Shown here one piece after another: positions 25,500 through 36,450 of a stretch of DNA of 64,000 nt (positions within the stretch are counted from its first letter, which is position 1; every line of letters begins with the position of its first letter). The stretch is from Tricharina praecox (taxonomy: Eukaryota), in the NCBI RefSeq assembly GCF_024521635.1, contig NW_026250406.1, forward strand, positions 1,302,001 through 1,366,000. Direction: 5' to 3'. Position numbers and translations under genes: made by a program. The notes under the pieces are model-generated. The model saw only the letters and a list, made by a program, of their open reading frames with translations. It was not told the origin of the DNA and ran no database searches.

Positions 25500-25587
25500 G
25501 GAGGGAGGGAGGGAGGGAGGGAGGGAGGGAGGGAGGGAGGGAGGGAGGGAGGGAGGGAGGGAGGGAGGGAGGGAGGGAGGGAGGGAG
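25500..25587. repeat. (GGGA)n microsatellite, ~22 units
   Basis: Perfect run of ggga units. Confidence 0.95.
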
Positions 25588-26592
25588 CTGGATGTGACGC
25601 GGCCATCCGGACGGGATAGGCTAATGGCCGCTGTCCTCATGTCGGTCGTCGGCAGGTGGCTGCAGAAGGCTGCAGGCGCGCCGTGGTCCAGACTTGCTAT
25701 TGGCGAACCCTGGTACGTGTCTCAGCTTCGGGATTTTAGCTATTGGAGCTGAATGGGGATTTCCGAGGTGATTGCTGTGGAATGTAGAGTGCAGTAGAGT
25801 ACCGGGAGCTTCGCCATCGTCAATTGGGGATTTTCCACGCGATTCAGGTGACGAGTTCGACTCGATGGGTGGGCTGAACCGCGTGATGATCTGTGTCGCG
25901 AGCGAATCATATCCCGTGAAGACTGGAGCTGATCGAGTTACTCTAGCACAAACTCATTTCAGATCACGAGTCTACTACCGGGAAGGGACGGCAAAAATCA
26001 AGAGTTATGGAGAAACTGAGGTTTTATTCAACTTCGAAGAGCCATCTGCGCGAGTCCGCTGCCTACTTCGGTGCTCACAACGCTGGGTGTCACTCGGTCC
26101 GACTGGCCACGAGACTTATCTTATCGGATCATCTAGATATCCTGCATAGATATCGCTTCTCTCATGGATGATGGTGGTGGTAGACAACACCCATCAGCTG
26201 CCGTACCTAGAGTACGGTATCTCACTCAAGAGTTGATGGTTTATCGCCATATCCGTCAACAAGCTTTCAGTACTGTGCGTCTTGGCCTGTGATATGAAGA
26301 GCAATTGTACAGTTTTATTTGGTTTACTTCCTGTTCAGCCATGATATGTGGGTACACAGCTGAGACGTGGATTTGTTGCTGGAGCCTGGCGGTTGTATGT
26401 AGCGTTGCCCACAGCCGTGTTGTGATGAGCGAGCATAGTAGAGCATGCAGGATGAGCTCGTGTGTATCGTACCACACCCGCGTCGATCAAACGAGCGGGG
26501 TAGGTATGTATGTACGTGCGGATGCATCACGTACTATATAATCCGTATCCCGCTCCTCCGCTCTCCGCACCCTGCCCTCCCACCTTCCCCCG

Positions 26593-28044
26593 ATGCCACG
26601 CAAACTCCACGAAGGCGTCACGCCCGCGTGGCCGCTCACGACGCTGCCGATCCCGCCAACGTACGAATTCGACGACATCAACGTCACTCAGCACGCGGTG
26701 ACGGCGTTGACGTCATACGACATCCTTCCCACGATCCTTGGCGTGGAGCGCATCGTCGTGCCGGGTCACCCTCGCATATTCCACGCACCTGCGCTGCCGT
26801 TGACACTCCCCCGCGACCCTCCCGCCGAGCTGATAATCGAAGCGTTCCCTTCGTGCCCGCTGGAGCCACTGTTCCGCGCACTGGCTGTTACCGCGCCGCA
26901 CGTGGATCCCGGAAGCTTCGATATCGTTACGGACCGTAGGAATCTAAGACTGCTGCTGGATTTTGTCAATGATGCGCCGCAGGAGTTTAGGCTTAATGCG
27001 GAGGTCGTCGATGGCACGGTTATGTTAAGTAGGTGGATCGATTGGGAAATGAGGGTTGACGCCGTTGGGTGGGGAGGGGCGTGGGAGGGCGCGTGTACTA
27101 CGGATGGGGATGGGGATGCGGGAGGGGAAGGGGGGGGCAAGGGAGGGGATGGGGGAAGGAGGGAGGTGCTGGCGCATAAAAGAGCTGTTGGGTATACGCT
27201 GGGTGGACTCAGGCTGTGTGTGAGCAGTTTGACTAATGCGAGGGTGCCGGGGCCGGGGGAGGATGCGATGGCGGAGGGGGAGGGGCATGAGGGAGTGGGA
27301 GGGGAGAAGGCGGAGACTGAGGGAGACAAAGAGGAGACTGGAGGAGAGAAGGAGACAGTCGGCGAGAATGTGGAGACAGGAGTCTCGAAGTCGGAGCCAT
27401 CACCACTCACCCCACCGCCCCCGACGGCGCCCCCGGAGCTAACCACGCCGACAGGCCACCGGCTGATTTTCTCCGGGACGTTCGTGCCGCAATCCTCCGT
27501 GCTGCAGATCAAATCCTGCAGCCTAAAAGCCCCGCCGGCCTCCATTCTCGCGCGCGCCCTACCACAGATGTGGTTCAGCCGCACGCCTCTATTCTGCAAA
27601 GGCCTTCGCAGCGGCGACATGTTCAGCAGGCTGCTGCTGAACAACCTCGAGGAGGAGGGCACGTTCCAGAAGTGGCAGGACGAGAATGCGGATAGCCTAG
27701 CGAAGGTCGTTAAGACCCTCTATGCCCTCAAGAATACTATGGCGAGGCTGGCCGGGAAGGACGGCAGGAGGAGGTTTGCGATTATATGTAGGAGGCCCAG
27801 AGGGAAGTTGCTGGTTAAGACGAAGCTCGAGGTCTATGGACTGGATGAGGCGTATGATTTCGGACTACCTGAGGATCTGGTAGAGAAGCTGCGGGGGACC
27901 GGCGGGAGTGCGGCGGGGTTGGAGGCGGCGTTGATGGGGTTGGATATTGACGACGACTTCGAGCAGGATACGCCGCCGCCGCCGCTGAATACTCCGCTAA
28001 GGAGGGGGGGTTTCAGAGGAGGTCGCGGTGAGGTGCTACACTGA
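26593..28044 (+). CDS. divergent DXO/Rai1-like (PD-(D/E)xK-type) fungal protein, 483 aa; I recall this family often being labelled 'geranylgeranyl pyrophosphate synthetase'
   Basis: Intact single-exon ORF with ordered motifs SY..LP.I.VPG.P, DIVTDRRNLRLLL.FV, FR..AEVV.GT, G.GGAWE..CT, HKR.V.Y.LGGL.L.V, QIK, PQMWFSRTP. The family call is by eye. Confidence 0.65.
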   Translation: MPRKLHEGVTPAWPLTTLPIPPTYEFDDINVTQHAVTALTSYDILPTILGVERIVVPGHPRIFHAPALPLTLPRDPPAELIIEAFPSCPLEPLFRALAVTAPHVDPGSFDIVTDRRNLRLLLDFVNDAPQEFRLNAEVVDGTVMLSRWIDWEMRVDAVGWGGAWEGACTTDGDGDAGGEGGGKGGDGGRREVLAHKRAVGYTLGGLRLCVSSLTNARVPGPGEDAMAEGEGHEGVGGEKAETEGDKEETGGEKETVGENVETGVSKSEPSPLTPPPPTAPPELTTPTGHRLIFSGTFVPQSSVLQIKSCSLKAPPASILARALPQMWFSRTPLFCKGLRSGDMFSRLLLNNLEEEGTFQKWQDENADSLAKVVKTLYALKNTMARLAGKDGRRRFAIICRRPRGKLLVKTKLEVYGLDEAYDFGLPEDLVEKLRGTGGSAAGLEAALMGLDIDDDFEQDTPPPPLNTPLRRGGFRGGRGEVLH

Positions 28045-31000
28045 CCGCTTACTTGTGGAAATGAAATCGGTATCGAAATATGTACTATGGCATGAGCGGG
28101 GTTCTAATGTATAAACCCCTGATGAATAGCTTCAAGAATAAACTGAACGAAGCGAAACAATCAAAGCTTCCCTAGTCGGAAGTGATCGATTCCGTAGACG
28201 CGAGTACATTTGGAACTCGAGCTGTGAAATTCGAGTCACTCCGCCAAAGTGAGGAGGATGGGATTAGGTAGGGAGAATAGTAATGGTACGTAGGAACTGT
28301 GAATGGTTGTATAATAAGTAGCCGGACTGGGCCTTTTATACCCACAGTCCCACTCCACCACTGCCTACCAACTACCAACTACCACCTACTGCCCGCTTCC
28401 CGCTTCGTTGCAATTGTCACTCGACACGCCATTCTGAACAAATGTTGGAATTGAGAGACGAACTTTACCCGATTGATGTATTGATACCAGAAAGATAAGA
28501 AAGATGAGAACGAAGAGAACGAAGAGAAAGGGGACTGCTTATAAAGGGAAACGAGCCCGTGTAGAGTCTAGACGACGAGATGAAGCCGGGCATCAGACAG
28601 CGGATGCGACGCCGACGACAGCCGTCGCCGTCACCGGACTATGTGGGCTGGGGGTTTGAAGGCGCGAAGGCCTGAAGGCTTGAAAGCTCAAGAGAATGAC
28701 TCTGGTGGGCACTGACTCCTGAGAAGCCATGGATGATGATAAGCAGCCATGAAGGAAATAAGCTGAGGGCAGTATGAAAACAGCAAAAAGACAGTGGAAA
28801 GGACAGTGGAAAGCAGCAGTGACACTGGAACAGGTAGTGAGATGCATAATATCAACAATTCTGAATACTTGGGTAGGTAAACGAGGAAACAGCTAGATAC
28901 GCAATGATCAATGATCAATCCTTATCAATCATGCTTTCGCATCCGCACTCTCAGCTCTCGAGGCTGGAGTCAGGAGTCTGAAGTCCGCATTGCCATCAAT
29001 TGCGGCGCGAAGTGCAAGTGCAAGTGCTGTTCTTGAATCCTCTCCTTGCTTTACCGTCAAGCCCGAGCGGACTGTGGTGGAAGACACCACCGGTTCTACA
29101 TACATATGACGGACGGCTGGAGCCGATCCGTGTTTCGCACGGCTGAGCTAGGAGGATCCATCCTTACCGCCTCCGGACCTCCAGTCTCACTCGGTTGGGA
29201 TAGTAGAGTCTAGGTAGCCGTTTGAGGCGTCGTAGGGAGGCGTCGCACAGATCGGCGTCTCCCGCTCCAGGAGGTCGACGGATCCGCCAGTATGGTATCC
29301 AGTGGTCGAGATGTTACGGGGAGACTCTGAGTCATCGATACGGCTCTCAACGCCTGTCACCGCTCCGGTAGGTAGCACCACTAGTTACACAGGCTGACTG
29401 CAGTGAGCACGACGGCTGAGCACTTCAGCAGCCAGCAGCCAGCAGCCAGCAGCCAGCCTCAGTGAGTCAGCTCCACCTCTTCCCCCTCCTATATCTCCAT
29501 GCCATCCCAGCCGCAGCCGCAACCGCAGCCTCAGATCTGGGCCCTCCTCTTCTTCAATGCACAATCTGTCACTCCGTCACTCCGGTCAGAAAAGTGCATT
29601 GTAGCATGTGCATCAATGGTCTAAATCTAGATGTGACGTATGGAATATGTATCACTGGAATATTCACCAAACGATTGGAGCTAGCTAAGTTGCCCAGGTG
29701 GTTACTGCGGGCATGCGGTGGGCATGTGGTGGGCAGGGCTGGGGGTATATACGGCAGAAAGTAAGAAGTGGTTATGCTTGCCGCCTGTGGGGCACATGAT
29801 GACACGAGACGAGACGGGGGATTATGTAGGTAGCATGCTGGTTACCGCTATGTAGGCTTTTTGAGTTTGTGTATTGAATCTTGTACGTACATATCAAGTG
29901 TGTACTGTGGTTGTAGTGAAGTGTGGAGACCGGGAGTGGGAGGGAGGGAAATAGTGTCCACGTATTGCCGACATGAGGAAGCGGGAGGATTAAGAGGCTG
30001 TATAGTACTAGTGCTAGTAGGTATTCCCCCCGCAATCGCTCAGCACCCAGCACTGAGCAATCAGCACTCATGAATCAGTAATCAGTCAGCAGCCCCCAGC
30101 CATCACCACCAGTAAGCCCAGTGAACCCTGAAGACGAACCCCCAATTATCTGAGCAAACTCTCCCAGCCGAACGCTACCTAGGATTCGCGATTCCCAGAG
30201 TCCAATACGCGATTCCGCCCGCCGATCCACGGCATGGCCGACAATCATCTGACGGGATCACGAGCGTGCGCGCACGCCCGCGTATGTACACTGCAGGCAG
30301 CCGTGTTCTCTCTTTTTCTCTCGTTCTCTCAGGCCGGATAACCGCGCTGCCTTCCCATATGTACGGTCGCCCGTCTCCCGTCTCCCGTCTCTCGATCGAG
30401 TCACGGTTTCCCGCCATACAGCCATCATCGTCGCGGGCGGCACATATAGTAGAGTCCGTGGTTGTGGCTGCCTTGCGCATAGTGTGCCAACGCGCAAGCC
30501 CGGACTGTAAGCGCTGGGAATGACTCATATCCAGGATCCGCACCTGCTATGTATGATGTAAGTATGTAAGACCCAGACGAGCCGAACCCGAAACCGAGTG
30601 TTCCATAGGGCTGATCCAAGCCTCTGGTCTGCGGTCGTGGGTCAGGGGCCTACTTACAGATCTCCACAGATCCTCGTGGGGGCGGTGCGGTGCGGGGCGG
30701 GGGTGGAGGTGGAGGTGGGGGGGAGTTTCCTGCTGCCTGGTGGCTCGGAGGAGGCGGCTGAGCCGCATCAAGCATGGGGCTTGTTCAATCCGACCCCGCT
30801 CGGCAATCGCCGAGCAAATGGGAGATTCCAGCTGCGAGCTCGAAGATTGCAAGTGCAAAACAAGTCTGTGACTGCCTGACTGGCAACGTTCCAACTACCC
30901 TGCGTGAGTCGTGACGACCCACGGTGCGGTCAATCCGACGACGGGAGAGAGACGAAGGGGAGCAAAGACACGCATCCCCCCCGCCTGCCTGCGTGCGGAA

Positions 31001-31424
31001 ATTGATTGATAATCTGCATATCTGCACATGCGATGCGTGTGATAAACGTCGCTGGGGTGTATACGAGTAGTACTACGGTAGTTAGTGCAACAAGCCTCCA
31101 GGCATCCATCCATCTCGTCAGATGTATTTGTGTAAACCATCATCATAGACGAACTCGTACTTAAATGCCAGCAATGCCCGGATTGATTCTTTTCGTGATA
31201 TTTTCGATACCGGCATCGAAAGCGTCAGCGCGCCGCTTTGCCGTTGCGCACACCCTTCCAGACCGGTTGAAGCCAGTGCAACATAACGACAGCGACCACA
31301 AACAAACACAAACACAAACACCATCACTACCACCACTCCCTCCCCCACCCTCCGCACTCCCTCCCCTCCGATCCCGCACCCCCCACTCCACCTGCTTCCC
31401 CACTCCAACCCCCCACCCGCCACC

Positions 31425-33568
31425 ATGAGCGACGACGGCGGCCTTGGCAGCTTCAGCGGCAGCCTTCTCGGCGCGGTATCGATGACGACGATCGCGAACC
31501 AGATTCTCGAGCAAGCGCGGCCCTTGCTGGAGTCGACGCTGGGGATCGACCTGAACGTCGTGATCACGTTCTGCATCTTCGGCGCGATGGTGTTTGCGGG
31601 GTGGAGCCACGTCGACAGCTTTGTGCGCAACACGCTGCTGGACGAGCACTACACCTGCCACATCCGTGTGTCGTCCGAGGACAGTGTCTACACCGCACTC
31701 ATGGAGTATCTCGAGGAGAATAGGATCTTTGGTGGCGAGGAGCGCGCAGTCGCTGGAGGCAGCAGCGGTAAGACGGCTGATGCGGAGAGCGATGTGTACC
31801 CCATCGGAAAGACGAGCAAGATGGCGTGGTATGCGAAGCCGACGCGGAATCTGGAGGCGAATCTGGACGGGTGGAAGGGCAGCCTCTTCGGTGATGAGTC
31901 CGACTCCGACGACGAGAGCGACGACGACGACATGATGCACGTTAAGAACAAGAAGAAGATCAAGTACGCGCCGACCCCCGGGTACAGCCACTACTTCTAC
32001 TTCAAGCCAACGGGACACACCGTGACGATCACGCGCAGCGAGCCGGCGGACGGCAACCCCGGCGCCTGGTGGAAGAAGCGCCGCGAGCTCGTCGAGCTCT
32101 CCATCTATGGCCGCGACACGGCGCCGCTGAAGATGCTGCTGCAGCGCGTGTGCGACCGCAGGAACCAGAAGGATGTCGGCCGCACGGTGGTGTTCAAGGC
32201 GACGCAGGGGATGGATGGCGGTGGCCCGGGCTGGGAGCGCTGCTTCTCGCGCGCTATCAGGCCGATCCAGACCGTCGTCCTCGATGAGTCCCAGAAGGAT
32301 ATGATCTGCAGCGATATCGCCGAGTACCTCATGCCTGCTACCAGCAAGTGGTACGCTAACCGCGGCCTGCCCTATCGGCGTGGATACCTCCTCTACGGAC
32401 CTCCAGGTGCGCCATCCCCCGCACCCCTCTCTATGACCGCAATCACTAACAGCTCCCAGGCACCGGAAAAACCTCGTTGACCGTCGCGCTCGCCGGCAAG
32501 TTCAACCTGCAAGTGTACTCCCTGTCACTCTCCGCCACCTGGATGAACGACGACATCCTGGCGCACCTCTTCAGCCGCCTCCCCCGCTCCTGCATCGTTC
32601 TCCTCGAAGACGTCGACGCCTGCGGTGTGACGCGAGACTCGGACTCCAGCAGTTCAACCAGCATGCCGACCAAGTCCACCACGGGGCCCCCCAGCAGCAG
32701 CCCCGCCGACTCCTCCAGCAGCGCGAAAGTAACCTTCTCGGGCCTTCTCAACGCCATTGACGGCGTCGCCTCCAAGGAGGGGCGACTACTAATCATGACG
32801 ACGAACCACCGCGCGCGGCTGGACGAGGCGCTTATCCGTCCGGGGCGAGTGGACGTACAAGTGAAGTTTTCCTTCGCCGACCGGGCGATAGTGCACAACC
32901 TGTTCCAGGCTTTGTACACCGTCGACGCGTCCGACCGTCTCCTGCTAAACTTCCCATCCGACTTCCCGGGCGCGGCGGAGCTGGCCACGCTCGCCGCCGC
33001 GTTCGCCGCAAGAGTCCCCGAGGGAACGTTCTCGCCCGCCGAGGTCCAGGGATTGCTGCTGAGGTTCAAGAAGGATCCCCGTGGGGCGGTTGAGGGGGTG
33101 CGTGACTGGGTCGATAGGGTCGAGGCGGAGAAGCGCGAGAAGGAGCGAAGAGAGGAGGAGCGTGTCGCCCGCGAGAAGCTGGCGGAGGTCGAGAGGAAGG
33201 TCGCGGACGTTAAGGAGCTGCTCGATAATGGTACTGTCTCCGAGGGCGCGCTGACGAGGAGTTTGACGGGTGGCCTGGGTGAGGGACCGCTCGCGAGATC
33301 GCTGTCCGGTGGCCTCGGTGGGCTCACGGAGGGTAACCTCAGGAGACGCACGTCGACGGGGGGACTCACCGCTGGCGCGCTGAGGAGGGCGGACACGGGA
33401 GGGCTGGCGGATGGTCCTGCAACGCTCACGCGCTCGTTGACTGGCGCTGCTAAGGGCGGCGTGGGAGTTAGCGCGATGCAGAATGGCGACAACCCGAAGG
33501 AGCAGAGACCGAACACGCTCAAGCGAACGCCGACGAATGGAAGTTTGACGGGCGGATCGCTCGTCTAG
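31425..33568 (+). CDS. BCS1-like AAA+ ATPase, ~696 aa, 2 exons
   Basis: Intron 32407-32459 restores Walker A GPPGTGKTS. Also WYANRGLPYRRGYLLYG, Walker B IVLLEDVD, TFSGLLNAIDGVAS.EGR, MTTNH..LDEALIRPGRVD, FSPAEVQGLL, and an N-terminal TM segment plus BCS1_N-like region. Confidence 0.93.
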
Positions 33569-33892
33569 TCTTGACTACGGCACTGGTGTTTCGAACGGCG
33601 TAGCTTAAAAAAAAACGATCACGCGTTACTTCTTACTGCTCCTGGAGTTTCTACCTCGCCAATTTCTCAAAATCTCATCACTCCATCAATTTTAATTCCG
33701 GTTTCTAGTTCAAGTTCACATCTCCACCCGATAGTTCCCTCTTTTTTGTTCTTTTTTCTTCTTTCCAGCCTGGTAGTTACGGGCTATCTTTTTCGTGAGA
33801 AGAAGATGGTGCATACTAGGTACTAGGCAGTGGTGTTCGGAGTTACGTTTCGGGGTGGTTGGGCATGGTGGATGGGGTAGATGAATGAACTG

Positions 33893-33958
33893 AATGATTT
33901 GGATGGATTGGATGATGTGAATGATGTGGATGATGTAGATGATGTGAACGAGATGAAC
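33893..33958. repeat. degenerate 9-bp microsatellite (gatgatgtg-like)
   Basis: gatgatgtgaatgatgtggatgatgtagatgatgtgaac. Confidence 0.7.
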
Positions 33959-34494
33959 GGGATCCTGAACTGAGTGAAGCAACTCGAGTTGATTACTTGC
34001 TTGCCTACCTACCTGCCTGCGTGTCTATATGAGAAACAGCGGGGATCTACGGTAATGTGCGCAGCACCAAAACGTAATCTGGATTCTGGAGTGATGGAAC
34101 TACATGTGCGATCCAACTTCGATGTCTTCTGGGGGACGCGGACGGCGGCTGTCGGCGATGCAGATAGTACCGTACTCGTCCTCTCTGCCCAGTGCCGACA
34201 ACAGCACACTACGGTACGGTATCAACAGAAGAGTCGGGCACGACATCGTGCGCACGAATTTACGAACCCACAGTGTCATTATCTAGTCCATACCGGGCCT
34301 AAGCTTTCGGCATCCACCGCCGCGACAGCTACGGTACTGAATACATCTTGAACACTATATAGTAGTACGGTACATGATGGAACATCCAGCCTACAGCCCA
34401 GCAGCCCAGCACGGCTCCCATCCCCGATCCTCACTCCCCCTCCAACTCAGTGGCAGGACTCAAAAGATGCGTGATATCCCATGATTTCCCGTTA

Positions 34495-36450
34495 GCACCT
34501 AGTACCAAGTACATAGTTACCCGAATTTCCGATAACTGCACTCCTAGCTGGTGGTGGAGCAACAGGCCCGCCGCACGCCCACCAAGCAATCACTCGGAGA
34601 GCACATGTCCCAAAAAAAAAAAAAAAAAAAACTACGATCGGTGGACTCGTGGAGAAGCTAGCCCGCCAGCAGAGAGAAAGTCTTCGGAGAGCACTTGTTC
34701 CAAAAAAAAAACTGCTCTCGGTGGAGAAGCCAGCCAGCCAGCAGAGAGAAAGTCTTAACATTCAAATGTTTACTCGTGTTTGCTCGTGTTTGCTCGTGTT
34801 TGCTCGTGTTTGTTTCGCTCGCAAGCCTCACACTCACGCTAACTCCCAGTCTCACTCGCGCTAACTCTAAGTCTCACTCGGGACCAACCACTTTGAAGTT
34901 TGCTCGCGATCACGCGGAGAATACTATGTGAGGAAATGCGCCCTCACAATTCAATTGTGAGTTGTGCGCCTGCCCAGGATTTCGGCCAAATCTCCTTCAA
35001 GATATTGAATAAGAACTTTCCTCCCTTCCTCCCTTCCTTCTTTTCCTCCCTTCTTCTTTCCCCATCTTTTTCTTCATAACAAACAAACAATCTTCTTCGT
35101 CTCTTCCTTTTATACCTATCTCCTTCACCCCAACATACAGCACCCCCCCCCCCACAGGGGGATCTGCCGCCGATCTGGCATCGAGGTCGACACCACTTTC
35201 AATTGCAACGAGGTGATGAAGCTGGTAGGCCGGCAAATCAAAATTGTCTGGCTCTACCGACCCATTGAAGGACACCATTCTGAATGGCCGTCACTACCCA
35301 TACAAAAACGAGGTAAGTTGCGCGTCTTCCACCTCTGCTCATAGCTGACCGAACCTAACTAGGACAGCAAGGAGCGCCAGACCGGCTGCGTGTCCAGGGT
35401 CGTGAGTCATGACCCCCACCGCCTTGGCAGTTCCGTCGCCGGCGCCCCCGCGGCTATCGCCACTCCTCCGAACGCTGAGGAGGCCCCCAAGGATCTCGAT
35501 CCTCCAAAGGCTCCACGCAAGAAGAAGGGCACCCAGGAGAATGGCGAGGATATCTGGGACTTCGAAGTTGACGAGGTCAACCGGTTGGCGCGGTGTATGT
35601 CTTCTCTTCTTCCGCTGTTGCTGCCACGAATCGAATTGGACTAATCAGTGATTGGCTCCTGCCGGAAACCGCCCCTCCCCTCTCCGGTTTCCGAGCGCAC
35701 GTGACTCGGCTCGGCGGCGGTGGAGGGTTTCATGCACTGTGGTGCAGGGTGTGATGTGCTGTGATGTGGCCTCGCGTCCAGACCGCGAAGCCAAGATGGA
35801 AGAAACTCCAGCACAAGAAACCTCTGGTAACGACTCCGGAAGCATCGACCAAGTCGGCAGAATAGCCGGCAAAGTCTGAGGGAGAGGCAAAGGGTACTAC
35901 GAAGAGGACCCAAACCCGGTTCGAATTCCCCCCGCAAGACTGCGAGGGAGTAGATGCTGCCGCCAGCGCAGCAAACGCCCTTTCGACTCTGGGGAAGACT
36001 CGATTCGACGGCGATGGAGGTTTTCATGTGGGGCAGGAGTGCACCGCATGTGCACCCAGCGCGATCATGGCCCGCATCAAGAAAAAGACCGTCAAGCCTC
36101 GATATGACTTGAGGAACCGTAAGGCCCTCGGGGCGCCCGAGAGGGTATGTTCCCCTCCCCCTTCCGCTTCCCCATTGAATATCTTACTGACTTCCACAAC
36201 TGGTTCAAGAGCTGTTTTTGTTTTTGTTTTGTTTTTCTTGTTTTTTCTTCTTTCCTGTTTTGTTTTTCTTTCTTGTTTTCTTGGGTTGGGATCATGGGTT
36301 CATGTCATTTATGGAGGTTGCTTTTGTTTTCACGGTGGGGTTCTGCTCATTTAACTGCTGGAGATAGATCATCAATATATTTCATTAGCCAGGTCATTAA
36401 TCCCGAATTCAATAACTCTGCCGTTCCCTATGGATATCCGACTCGTCTGA
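34495..36450 (+). repeat. ~2 kb repeat unit A/B, copy 2; inverted relative to 12526-14565
   Basis: Reverse-complement match as described for copy 1. Retains intron-like segments (gtaagt...ctaactag at ~35313-35362; gtatgt...ctaatcag at ~35596-35648), but no continuous long reading frame. Confidence 0.9.

Noticed and set aside
25298..25752. ORFs with (PPSL)n / (GREG)n repeats
   Set aside because: Translations of the (GGGA)n microsatellite.
34943..34961. aattgtgag resembles a lac operator half-site (vector contamination?)
   Set aside because: It is embedded in a genomic repeat present twice with divergence, and no other vector sequence is present.
35915..35935. ggttcgaattcc B-box-like motif in repeat A, suggesting a tRNA-derived SINE
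   Set aside because: Spacing is non-canonical, and no A-box or cloverleaf could be built upstream.
12526..36450. Starship-type giant element
   Set aside because: No tyrosine-recombinase captain gene or short direct-repeat boundaries are visible in the window.
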